A stretch of DNA of 64,000 nucleotides. Source: Myxococcota bacterium. Lineage in GTDB: Bacteria > Myxococcota_A > Polyangia > Nannocystales > Nannocystaceae. Below, one piece after another: positions 41,075-50,299 of the stretch (positions within the stretch are counted from its first letter, which is position 1; the number at the start of each line of letters is the position of its first letter). The notes beneath the pieces are model-generated. The model searched no databases. It saw only the letters and a program-made list of their open reading frames with translations, and had not been told where the DNA came from. The translations under genes and the position numbers were made by a program. The stretch spans positions 61,559 to 125,558 of the forward strand of contig JBCCWC010000013.1 of assembly GCA_039194325.1 (NCBI GenBank). The letters run 5' to 3'.

Positions 41075-41910
41075 GGGCAGATACCTTTGGCAGGGAGGAT
41101 GGTTAGGTTGGATGGCGGGGAGAAGAGCTGCAACGGAAAAAAGCGCTCTGTTCGTTCGATTATGCTCATTCGCTTACGCTACCTAAGCTATCGGTTTCTT
41201 TTGAAAATCAAGTGTTCAGTATACGCTATGAGAGCGCGCATGCCGGAAAATTTCAAAGGAGAGGCAGGAATTCCTCCTGCCTAACAGGAAACGGCGCGCA
41301 TTGCGCAACACACGAGGGGTTCCGCCTACTCCGTCATCATTGGCGTCGTGGCGCCTGCCCACAAAGACGCAGCGAGAGCATTGACCCGAACGGCTCGGGG
41401 TTGGGCTTAGCCAACCCATGGGCACCGTAGCCGCTCGTGGACGACGCCGGGCGCCGCCAGTCACGGAGGCGGCGAACACTAGCTGGTCCACCACCTTCAG
41501 CGCCGTGAGCAACAGCATCCACGCCGGTATTGACGCCGGTCAGAATACACAGGATTTCATAGGTCGAATCTGACGATGTACGAGCGCGCGGGTGCAAAGC
41601 AAAAGCTGCTGATGGAAATCAAAATAAACATGCGGCCTGAGTTCTGCAAGCAACGCCTCATCACGGTGTTCACCTCGAACATTCTCCCCTTCATGTTCCT
41701 CGCCGAAGAACAGAGCTAGCGCGATGGATTCCGGCAGGTGCTCGGGACCACGCAGGGGCTATGACGGCTTCTGAACGAGATGAGGTCGGCACCTCCCGTT
41801 CCATGGGAGCAGCACCCCTGACCTTCCATGAGCGAGTTGTAGGCGCGACGGGCTAACTCAAGGCTTGCGCGTGGTGATCGGTCGGTGGAGGTCCGTCTCG
41901 AGCCGCCGCG

Positions 41911-44805
41911 ATGGTACGCTCGTCGATGCTCGTGGACGACGCCACCCTGCCCGATCCGGCCCCGCAGCAGGACGTGCCGCTCTCCCAGGATGTCCGCAAA
42001 GCACGACCGCCGGGCGACGACCTGGCCCGGGACCGGGCCCGGGCCAAGCTGAGCCACTCGCTATTCGGCGAACCCGAGCAGGCCACCCGCCTCGGGCGCT
42101 TTGTGCTCCTCGAGCGCCTGGGTCAGGGGGGGATGGGCGTGGTCTATAGCGCCTACGATCCCGAGCTCGACCGCCGGGTGGCGCTCAAGCTGCTCCGCCC
42201 CAACACCAAAGATGAGGCGCAGCGCGAGCACGCCCGTGCTCGACTCAAGCGCGAAGCCCAGGCGCTCGCCCGGCTGTCCCACCCCAACGTGGTCCCGGTC
42301 CACGACGTGGGGCTGATCGACGAGCGCGTATTCATCGTGATGGAGATGGTGGCGGGCCAGACCCTCGAGGCGTGGGTCGAGACCAAGACCCGCTCGTGGC
42401 GCGAGATCCTCGCTGCCTATCGCCAGGCGGGCTCAGGGCTGGCCGCTGCGCATCGACTGGGCGTGATCCACCGCGACTTCAAGCCGTCCAATGTCCTCGT
42501 CGGTGAAGACGACCGCGTCCGGGTGGTCGACTTTGGGCTAGCCCGCGGGATCACCGAGGTCGAGTCCACGCTCGAGCCAGCCGCGGGCAAAGACGATCGG
42601 CTCCAGAGCGGAAGATCTCCAGCCCTGGAGGATCCGATCACCCAAACCGGCGCCGTGATGGGCACCCCGGCCTATATGGCGCCCGAGCAGGTCGACGCCG
42701 CGCAGGTCGATGCAGCGGCCGATCAGTTCAGCTTCTGCGCCTCGCTCTACGAGGCGCTCTACCGCCAGCGCCCCTTTTCTGGCGAGACCATGGCCGCGCG
42801 GCAGCTCGAGATCGAGGAGGGCCGGATCCGAGAGCCGCCCCGGGGCAGCGGAGTTCCGCGATGGATCCACGCCGCGCTCTGTCGCGGCCTAAAGGCCCGC
42901 CCCAAAGACCGCCACCCGTCCATGGCCGCCCTGCTGACGCTCCTGGGCCGGGATCCGGCGCGTACCCGCCGACGCCTACTCGTCGGCACCGCGTTCGGCA
43001 GCGTCGTCGGGATCGCTATCTATGCGTTCGCGACCCAGGCCCCCCCACGCACAGCCGCCGATCTGTGCCAGGTTGCCTCCGACGAGCTTGCGCCGTTATG
43101 GAGCGACGAACGCCGCGCCGCGGTCGCGCAGGCGTTTTCGACCGCCGAGCTTCCTTACGCCGCGCAGGCCGGGCCACGCGTACTGGCGACCCTCGCGGCC
43201 TACGCCAAAGCCTGGGGCCAGATGCGGGAGCAGGCGTGCGTCGCTTACCAGCGTGGCGGTGATTCCTCGGACGTCTACGACCGACGTGTCACGTGCCTGA
43301 GCCGAAGGCGGCACGCGCTCGATCACAGCATCGTCCAGGTGATCGAGACCGCCGCGGCCTCACCCGAGCGAACGATCGACATCGTGCGCGCCCTGCCGCC
43401 CCTCAACGACTGCAGCGACGCGGCCCGGCTCCGCTCGGGGATCCCGTCGCCTCCCGAGGCGATCGCCGACGCGGTCGAGCACCAGCGACAGCGACTAGAC
43501 GAGGCCCAGACCCTGTGGGCCGCGGGCAAGGGAACGGCCGCCTACACCCGAGCCGAGCAGGCCGTGGACGAGGCCCAAGCGCTCGACTACCTGCCGCTCC
43601 AGGCCGAGGCGTTGCTCACCCTGGGGCGGACGGCGATGAAGACGAACGAGCACTATCTCGACTCAGCGCCGATCTTGCTGTCGGCCATGCTCGAGGGCCT
43701 GCACACGGGTCAGGACGAGATCGCCACCGAGGCGGCCGCCCGCTATATCTACGTGATCGGCACGTCGAGCCTGGGCCGCTCGACGACCGACGATCGACAG
43801 TTCACCCCCGATCTGGCGCTGCTCATGCAGATCGCAAAGTCCCAGGCCGAGCGTGCACCCGAGCATCGGGCGGCCCGAGCTCTGCTCTACAACAACCTGG
43901 CCAGCGCCCAGCTAGCGGCCCAGCACGTGGAGATCGCCCGCCGCTACTACCAGCGAGCCCTCGACCAGCTGGCCGACATCCCCGGCGCACCGCCCGAGCT
44001 CGACCACATCTTCGGCAACCTCGCCCACATCAGCCCCGACGAGGCCGAGCGCGAGCGCCTCTTTGCGCGCGCGTTCGATCGCTTCGATGCTGCGTATGGT
44101 CCCGAGCACCCCGAGACCCTGGGGATCCGCCTCGACTACGCCTACTTCGTGGCCGACCCCGCGTTGGCCCACGACCACCTGGCGCCCGTGTGTGAGACGT
44201 ACGAGCGCTATCACCCGCAGCGAGTTGCCGACCGACACCGGTGTTGGTTCCGGCTCGCGTTCCTCACGGCCGAGCGAGGTGAGCGCTCCGAGGCGGCGCG
44301 GATCTTCGACCGGCTCGCCGCGGACGACGACCCCGTCGGCGAGCTCGCGACCCAACGCCAGGCTCAGCGCGAGCTGGCCCGCGGCCTCGCCCATGAGCTC
44401 CGGGGCGAGCTCGAGCCGGCGATCGCTCCCCTCACGTGGGTGACGACCGTCATTCCCACCGATCTTCCCTGGGACGCTTTTGTCCACGGGCAAGCGGTGT
44501 TGGGCTTGGGCAAGGTTCGGCACCAGCAGGGTCAACACCACGCCGCCGTGGCCCACCTCGAGCGCGCGCTGGAGATCTTCGAGGACTACTGCGCCCAGGA
44601 CGTCACCCAGAACGTCAAGGGCCCGCAGTGGCGCGCCGCGGCCCAGGTTGCCCTGGCCGCGGCGCTGGTCGACGCCAACGCCGACGGACGAGCGCGAGCC
44701 CTGGAGTTGGTCGAGCGATCCGCCGAGTTCTATCGGCAGGCCGGCGAGGGCTATCGATGGCGGCTCGACGCCCTCGAACGCTGGCGCCGCGAGAACACGC
44801 GATAG
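41911..44805 (+). CDS. Ser/Thr protein kinase with TM helix and TPR repeats
   Basis: LGQGGMGVVY, VALK, HRDFKPSN, DFG, GTPAYMAPE; C-terminal helical repeats. Confidence 0.92.
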   Translation: MVRSSMLVDDATLPDPAPQQDVPLSQDVRKARPPGDDLARDRARAKLSHSLFGEPEQATRLGRFVLLERLGQGGMGVVYSAYDPELDRRVALKLLRPNTKDEAQREHARARLKREAQALARLSHPNVVPVHDVGLIDERVFIVMEMVAGQTLEAWVETKTRSWREILAAYRQAGSGLAAAHRLGVIHRDFKPSNVLVGEDDRVRVVDFGLARGITEVESTLEPAAGKDDRLQSGRSPALEDPITQTGAVMGTPAYMAPEQVDAAQVDAAADQFSFCASLYEALYRQRPFSGETMAARQLEIEEGRIREPPRGSGVPRWIHAALCRGLKARPKDRHPSMAALLTLLGRDPARTRRRLLVGTAFGSVVGIAIYAFATQAPPRTAADLCQVASDELAPLWSDERRAAVAQAFSTAELPYAAQAGPRVLATLAAYAKAWGQMREQACVAYQRGGDSSDVYDRRVTCLSRRRHALDHSIVQVIETAAASPERTIDIVRALPPLNDCSDAARLRSGIPSPPEAIADAVEHQRQRLDEAQTLWAAGKGTAAYTRAEQAVDEAQALDYLPLQAEALLTLGRTAMKTNEHYLDSAPILLSAMLEGLHTGQDEIATEAAARYIYVIGTSSLGRSTTDDRQFTPDLALLMQIAKSQAERAPEHRAARALLYNNLASAQLAAQHVEIARRYYQRALDQLADIPGAPPELDHIFGNLAHISPDEAERERLFARAFDRFDAAYGPEHPETLGIRLDYAYFVADPALAHDHLAPVCETYERYHPQRVADRHRCWFRLAFLTAERGERSEAARIFDRLAADDDPVGELATQRQAQRELARGLAHELRGELEPAIAPLTWVTTVIPTDLPWDAFVHGQAVLGLGKVRHQQGQHHAAVAHLERALEIFEDYCAQDVTQNVKGPQWRAAAQVALAAALVDANADGRARALELVERSAEFYRQAGEGYRWRLDALERWRRENTR

Positions 44806-44854
44806 CAGGGGAGCCAGCGAGGGCGAGCTCCCGACCTTCGATCGGCTCAGAGGG

Positions 44855-46126
44855 CTACCGATTGAACGTCGCCCACTCCTCGTTCGTCGAGAGCGCGCCA
44901 CCCCGGGCCCGGAAGGAGCGCGCGGCCCAACTCGCGGTCGACTCCCCCGGGCCCTTTCGCTCGGTGGCCGAGAAGATCCTACTGCATTTGGATAGGCCAC
45001 ACTTCTTGCGGATCCAAGCCATATCCGATTGCCACTTCTCGGACCGCGGCAAGGTCAGGCACGTCGCTCCATCTTCTCCCCAGAAGGCCTCGATCTGGTC
45101 GTCTTCGGTGACCACGCTGGACCAGGGATCGAACCACTCGGCGCGATTCTGAAACGCGAGCTTTTGGCCGGTCTTCGTGAACCGCAGCTCGTTGGCTTCC
45201 TTGCAGTAGCTGGCCGTGATCATCTTGAGCGTGGCCTGGCGCTGCCACCGCTCGGTCTTCCACCCGGGTACGTGCGTCGCCGGGTCGTAACCCATGAGCT
45301 TCATCTTGCCGATCGCCGAGCCGGCGCACGCGATGTTGAACCACCGCCCGGGAGGGGTGGGCTTGACGATCGAGGCGCTGTGGTAGTCGTAGACTTCCCC
45401 TTCGACCAAGACCGCGCTCGCCGTGGGGCTGGTCCACCTCTCGGTTTGTCGGTTGCCGAACGGTCCCTTCACCTTATCTGGCGGATTGAAGCTCGCCGCT
45501 TCGACTCCCCAGCTGGGGACCTCTTGGCACAACGTCGGCCGATTCTTCTCGCCCTGGCCCTTGGCCGGGATTGCGTGGCCGTCGACCAATTTTTGGTACT
45601 CGATGACATACGCCGCCTCGTAGCACTCGGACTTGCGGTGAGTCCCCGGGTCGGCGTGGTCACAGCCCGGCCGCCGGGCCCACGAGCGTACGTAGCGAAC
45701 CTCGACGAAGTCGAGCCAATACGTCGCCCCGCCGTGCTTGACGACGAGACCCTCGACCCTCGCCTTCGACCCAGACCCATCGAACAGCGCGAGCTCGCCA
45801 CCGACCATGTCGAGCTTGAGCTTCGCCGCGGGGATCGCAAAATGCCGCCCGCCGGCCACGGTTGCGCCGACGATCTTGAAACCTCCCCGCGAGGGCTTTT
45901 CGCCGTCGAGGTCGAGCTCTTCGAGCGGATAGGCTTCTACCTCCGCGGAGTTACGCCCACACACGTCGGGCGGGCACGTGCTGGTGACGGGACGAGACGT
46001 GGGAACGAGCGCGACAGTTGCGGCCGTCGAAGCCACGCTGGTGTCGGCCATGGCAACGCTGTCGCCACCAAGCGTGCCGAACACGGCTGCGTACGCGAGG
46101 ATGGGGTATCGGATCCATTCGTTCAT
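44855..46126 (-). CDS. Secreted ADYC-like domain protein
   Basis: FNIACAGSAIGKMKLMGY...QATLKMITASYC...EAFWGEDGATCLTLPR; N-terminal signal peptide. Confidence 0.7.
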   Translation of the reverse strand: MNEWIRYPILAYAAVFGTLGGDSVAMADTSVASTAATVALVPTSRPVTSTCPPDVCGRNSAEVEAYPLEELDLDGEKPSRGGFKIVGATVAGGRHFAIPAAKLKLDMVGGELALFDGSGSKARVEGLVVKHGGATYWLDFVEVRYVRSWARRPGCDHADPGTHRKSECYEAAYVIEYQKLVDGHAIPAKGQGEKNRPTLCQEVPSWGVEAASFNPPDKVKGPFGNRQTERWTSPTASAVLVEGEVYDYHSASIVKPTPPGRWFNIACAGSAIGKMKLMGYDPATHVPGWKTERWQRQATLKMITASYCKEANELRFTKTGQKLAFQNRAEWFDPWSSVVTEDDQIEAFWGEDGATCLTLPRSEKWQSDMAWIRKKCGLSKCSRIFSATERKGPGESTASWAARSFRARGGALSTNEEWATFNR

Positions 46127-46252
46127 GCAGGGGTTCCCTTCGGTCGAAGCCCGGTGACAGCCAGGGTCTCGCGGGTAGAGTCGGTACCGCCCCCAGCGTT
46201 CCCGACTCATCACCCATCCAGATTCACCGGAGCCGATCTTCGCTCGGCGGGG

Positions 46253-46870
46253 CTACTCTTCGCCATCGTGCGCTCGCGCGCGCATTGCACGAGCCCAGGC
46301 ATCGAGATCGTCCATGCTCTGCGAGGCGGACACGGGCTCGTTGGCCGCTTGGTGCAGGCGCTCGCGCAGAGCGGTACGCGCGCGATACAGACGCGTGCGC
46401 GCGGTGGTGCTGGTCACGTCGAACACCTCGGCGAGCTCGTTGCTGTCCATGTCTTCCCAGTAATAAAGCTCGAGCAACAGCTGGGTTTCGAGGGGAAGCT
46501 CGCGCAGGGCCGTCAGCAGGCGCTGATGATCCTGACCCCGTGCGATCCGCGTAGCCGGGGTGGTGCGGTTCAGATCCGCCATCGACGTGACCTCGGCATC
46601 GAGCGCGCGGCCGTGGTGACGCCGGAGGTACCCATAGAACTGGTGGCGAGCGATCGTGAACAGGTAGGTGCGAAAGCTGCACTGCCGACGAAACGTATCT
46701 CGGCTGTGGGAACAGGCTAAAAACGTGTTCTGGACCAGCTCGTCGACGTCGGCGCCCACCTTGTGCTCGAAGAACCGATACACGCTGTCGAAGTGACGCT
46801 TGAAGAGCTCATTGCCGGAACTGCGGTCCCCGGCGCACCAGCGGTCGAGAAGGGCGAGATCGGCGTCCAT
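46253..46870 (-). CDS. ECF sigma factor
   Basis: DELVQNTFLAC...FRTYLFTIAR and ARTRLYRARTALR; paralogous to the gene at 10052. Confidence 0.9.
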   Translation of the reverse strand: MDADLALLDRWCAGDRSSGNELFKRHFDSVYRFFEHKVGADVDELVQNTFLACSHSRDTFRRQCSFRTYLFTIARHQFYGYLRRHHGRALDAEVTSMADLNRTTPATRIARGQDHQRLLTALRELPLETQLLLELYYWEDMDSNELAEVFDVTSTTARTRLYRARTALRERLHQAANEPVSASQSMDDLDAWARAMRARAHDGEE

Positions 46871-47376
46871 GGTCCGCGACGAGCATACACAAAAGACAAG
46901 CGCCCGGACCGTCGGTGGACGACCCAGGCGCTTGCGATGGACTCGAAACGCAGAACGGAGAGGAGATGAACACAGACGAACGCATGGACGAGCCCGGCGG
47001 GCGAGGATTCAATCGCCGGCCAAGACCGGGCGAAAGACGTAAAGACACCGAAGACCCAGGCGAGGGGCTCGACGCGATGCCATGCAGTCTGGGGGTGCGC
47101 AACGAGATGCACACGATTCCCCCACAGAACTGCCATGAAGTCGCAGCGCGCTCCCAGTCTTGCGTGGCTCGGGCCGAGCCCATCGCCTGGGTCTTCGGTT
47201 GAGTGTTGGTGCGTTCCGGTAGAGATCTCGGCGAGGCCGCCGCGGGTGGTCGGTCTATGGCGGCGGCACTCGCCCAGAGGGTGGTCACGAAAGGTCTCGG
47301 CGGGTCGCCGAGTGGTCGGTCGGTCGGTCTCGGCATTCGCCGAGGGTGCTGAGGGGTGTCTGTCTCGGATACGTCG

Positions 47377-47583
47377 CTACAGCGCCTCTGGATCGGAGAG
47401 ATTTCGATCGCCACGGGGGAGGGCCCAGGCCACCCCGAGACAGGTCGCGGCGAGGGCGGCCACGGCCACCCGGATGTCCAACTCGGTCCAGATCTGAGGC
47501 GCGATCCAGGCCCAGCTGGCCATGAGGATAGCGGCAAGGACCAACAAGACGGTAGCTGCGGCGATCTCGAGCGTGGAGAGCAT
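47377..47583 (-). CDS. Small two-TM hypothetical protein
   Basis: Two hydrophobic stretches in a 68-aa ORF; no other support. Confidence 0.4.
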   Translation of the reverse strand: MLSTLEIAAATVLLVLAAILMASWAWIAPQIWTELDIRVAVAALAATCLGVAWALPRGDRNLSDPEAL

Positions 47584-47849
47584 GGCGTCCTTGGTGGCGG
47601 GCGAAGGTCCGTTCACTGTGGAGCGTAGGGGGTCGAGCGGGGGGTGTCGGCTTAAAGCGGCGCTTAAACCCGCACCTGCAAATATGCTCCTGGAGCGTCG
47701 TGGTTACGGCGCCTGGGTTTTTTTTCGCCGAGCAACCGTCGGGGCGCCGTAGCTCGCGCGTGCTCCGCTCCTCGGCGCTTCTTGCTGCGATCCGGGTGAC
47801 CCGCTTTACGACACCCGGCCGAATCGCCTTTGCGGGGGGGATTTTTATA

Positions 47850-47972
47850 GTGCCTGTCCGAGAGAGAGAGCAGGAGATGTTACAGGAGTTGAACCTGTTC
47901 CTTCTGATTACGAATCAGACGCTCTACCAGGTGAGCTAAACGCTTGTATGCTGCACTCGATTGGACAGGCGC
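47850..47972 (-). ncRNA. Y-RNA-like ncRNA candidate: tRNA-like core enclosed by a long terminal stem
   Basis: Minus strand: terminal stem GCCUGUCC/GGACAGGC, inner stem GAGUGCAG/CUGCUCUC, D arm GCUC-ACCUGGUA-GAGC, anticodon arm UCUGA-UUCGUAA-UCAGA, T arm ACAGG-UUCAACU-CCUGU; acceptor stem only 3 contiguous bp and no CCA. Confidence 0.7.
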
Positions 47973-47992
47973 TTTGAGCATGGCAAGCGCGG

Positions 47993-48574
47993 CTAGCGAC
48001 TGTCAAGCACCATGCTCCGGGAGGGCAGCAGCTGGGTGCTCACCTGGCGTCGGTCGCCAACGTAGAGCGTGATCGCCTGGGCCACGGTCGCCGCGGTCTG
48101 AGCGACGAAGGCCAGGTGCTCGCCGCCTTCGCAGGTCTCCTGACCGGGTGTGTCCTCGCTGTCGATGACGAACAAGTGGTCCCAGACCACGCGGCCCAGC
48201 TCGCCGCCTGGAGCCAACGCACCGTGCACGCACGCGATTTCGCGCTCCCGCACGAACTGCTGCACCAAGGTGCGAGCCTCGGCATTGTCGAGGCAATCGA
48301 CAACCAGCTCGGCGTCACCGAGCAAGGCCTCGACATTGTCGGCCGCCAGGCGGTGGGGAACGGCCTCGATCTTGACCCCGAACAGCCCCTGCATGGCCTG
48401 CTGAAGCGCCAAGGCCTTGTTCTTGCCCACACCCATGCGGGTGTGGAATTGGGCCAGCAGGTTCTTGGCCTCGATCCTGTCGAAATCGATCACCTTCCAC
48501 TGCACGGGCAGGCTCCGACCCAGCTGGACCACATGAGAGCCGAGCGCGCCAACGCCTACGACGACTATGCGCAT
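47993..48574 (-). CDS. ThiF/E1-like adenylyltransferase
   Basis: VGVGALGS, IDFDRIEAKNL, GKNKA, VVDCLDNAEAR; single distal Cys in QETCEG; no CxxC zinc pairs. Confidence 0.9.
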   Translation of the reverse strand: MRIVVVGVGALGSHVVQLGRSLPVQWKVIDFDRIEAKNLLAQFHTRMGVGKNKALALQQAMQGLFGVKIEAVPHRLAADNVEALLGDAELVVDCLDNAEARTLVQQFVREREIACVHGALAPGGELGRVVWDHLFVIDSEDTPGQETCEGGEHLAFVAQTAATVAQAITLYVGDRRQVSTQLLPSRSMVLDSR

Positions 48575-48843
48575 GGGCTAGCCCCGCGCGAGCCCGCGCC
48601 AAATGGCGTCCGCGGACGCACGTAGATCCGATCCTCGCGGATCTCCTTGTTGGCGGGGAAGCGATCGACCACGAAGGTGTGCATCCGAACATGCCCCGTC
48701 TTGGTGATCCCCGGGACGCTGCCAGACTGGACCGCTTCGGTCGCCCAGCGCAGGATCTCCTTGTCGGAGGCGTGCCAGCTGACGGGATCGGGCAGATCGC
48801 CGTTCTGGCCGTTCCAGGTGATGTTCAGTCGTGCGTATCGCAT
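48565..48843 (-). CDS. Putative ubiquitin-like (beta-grasp) protein
   Basis: 92 aa, RBS AAAGGAG, between the JAB and E1 genes; strand-strand-helix-strand pattern ending RIYVRPRTPFG plus a 10-aa tail. Fold is inferred from context. Confidence 0.65.
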   Translation of the reverse strand: MRYARLNITWNGQNGDLPDPVSWHASDKEILRWATEAVQSGSVPGITKTGHVRMHTFVVDRFPANKEIREDRIYVRPRTPFGAGSRGASPCA

Positions 48844-48861
48844 GGGAGTTCTCCTTTGGAA

Positions 48862-49257
48862 TCAGGACTCGGTGACCTCAGTGACGGGCCACGAGCGGCG
48901 TCGAAGCGGATCGACCCACGGGTGGGGGGTCGGGTCGGGATCGCAGCGATAGCCGCGGGGGTCGGCCTCGTCGTGCGAGCACAGCATGACCTCGGTCGGG
49001 GTGACGATCCACCACCGAAGTCGCCGACCCAAGCCGTCCTCGCAGGCACGGAAGGTCGCCAGGTCGACGCCCGAGGGCTGGTTGACCCCGGCGGGATGGG
49101 TGTGAGCCACGCCGGCCAGGCGCTCTCGACCATTCCACAGCACCATCCACAACGACCGACTGTCGGGGATCGAGGCCGCGGTCCGCCCCGGCGGCAGGTG
49201 CCAGTACATGGGGTGGTCGTCTTCGTCGATGACCACGGCGACTTCAGCGACTTCCAT
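48862..49257 (-). CDS. JAB/JAMM (MPN+) metallopeptidase
   Basis: N-terminal Glu (AEVAVVI) and HTHP-x5-PSxxD (AHTHPAGVNQPSGVD). Confidence 0.88.
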   Translation of the reverse strand: MEVAEVAVVIDEDDHPMYWHLPPGRTAASIPDSRSLWMVLWNGRERLAGVAHTHPAGVNQPSGVDLATFRACEDGLGRRLRWWIVTPTEVMLCSHDEADPRGYRCDPDPTPHPWVDPLRRRSWPVTEVTES

Positions 49258-49281
49258 CGACGACCTCGTCTACCACCCCGT

Positions 49282-50295
49282 CTACCACCGTAGGATCACC
49301 AGCTGGTTTTGGCGCTGGGCTTGGGCAATGACGGCGGGCAAGGACGCCAGCGTAAACCGGTTGTCGCCGCGCTCGCCGGTGCGCGAGTCGGTGAGGCAGA
49401 TCCCGGCCTCGATCACCCGCAGGCCGGGCACGCGGACCACCGAGCGGAAGCGCCGGCCCAGAAACCGGAAGCGTACGACCGCCTGGTTGGATCGTCGACC
49501 TTGGGTCCAGTCCAGCAGCTCGGCTCCCGCGTCGGCGAGCACGCGCCGGGCTTGCTCGCGTACACCGCCGATCGTCTGGCCGGGGGCGCGGTTGCTGGCC
49601 CGTCGGGAGCCCCGGGCCTCCTGCTCGCGCCGCTTTTCGAGCGCCCGCTGGGCCAGCCTTTGCCGCTCGGCCGCCTGCGCGCGCGCGATCCGGGCGCGCT
49701 CGGCCTCCTCCTCGCGCCGTCGCTGTTCTTCTTCTTGGCGCTGCCGCTCCTCTTCTTCCCGCACCCGCCGTTCTTCGTCGTCGCGCAGCCACGTGTACCA
49801 GCGGAAGGCCATGTGCAGGGCGGGGGTCACGTCGGCGACGTGATCGACCGAGGGCTTTCGATCCTCGAACGCCTCGAGCACCTGCCCCTCCGGGCCCAAG
49901 GGGAACTCCGGCTGCACGTAGACCAGGCGCCCGTCGTGCACCGCGGCCAAGATCCGGCAAAAGCGGTCGAGGCCCGACTCGAGCAGGTAGACCACCCCGC
50001 TACGCTCGATGATCCGCGAGGGATCGATCTCCAGCGCCACGTCGTCAGCCAGCAGCCGGTTTCCAATGAGGTACCCCGCGACGCGCTCGCTCTTGGCAAA
50101 GAGATCCGGGTCGGCCATGGCCTCGGCGCCGGTCTTGGCCTTGCGATTGCCACAAACGGTGAACGAGTACCACCCGTGCTCGGGCGGCAATGGGCCGTCG
50201 ATGGTCCACCGGCGCACTCCCGAGACGATCCGCCGACCACCGAGCCACGGGGCCACGATGGTCTCGTCTTGTTGGAGGAGATCGGCCCAGCCCAT
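49282..50295 (-). CDS. Coiled-coil protein with putative divergent E2-like C-terminal domain
   Basis: E/R-rich coiled coil followed by helix, strands, VIEAGICLTD and FTLASLPAVI, echoing the UBC GxICL motif and following helix. RBS GGAGG. Confidence 0.55.
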   Translation of the reverse strand: MGWADLLQQDETIVAPWLGGRRIVSGVRRWTIDGPLPPEHGWYSFTVCGNRKAKTGAEAMADPDLFAKSERVAGYLIGNRLLADDVALEIDPSRIIERSGVVYLLESGLDRFCRILAAVHDGRLVYVQPEFPLGPEGQVLEAFEDRKPSVDHVADVTPALHMAFRWYTWLRDDEERRVREEEERQRQEEEQRRREEEAERARIARAQAAERQRLAQRALEKRREQEARGSRRASNRAPGQTIGGVREQARRVLADAGAELLDWTQGRRSNQAVVRFRFLGRRFRSVVRVPGLRVIEAGICLTDSRTGERGDNRFTLASLPAVIAQAQRQNQLVILRW

Positions 50296-50299
50296 GGTC

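Noticed and set aside
41087..41900. Small ORFs between the Fic module and the kinase
   Set aside because: No motifs or convincing codon bias; treated as intergenic or decayed sequence.
47878..47945. Canonical tRNA-Thr(CGT)
   Set aside because: Acceptor stem has only 3 contiguous pairs plus mismatches and no CCA; better explained as part of the larger 123-nt structure or as a pseudo-tRNA.
47993..48843. Thiamine or molybdopterin sulfur-carrier pair (ThiF/ThiS, MoeB/MoaD)
   Set aside because: No terminal GG, and no biosynthetic, rhodanese or desulfurase genes nearby; the context is JAB, E2-like and vWA genes.
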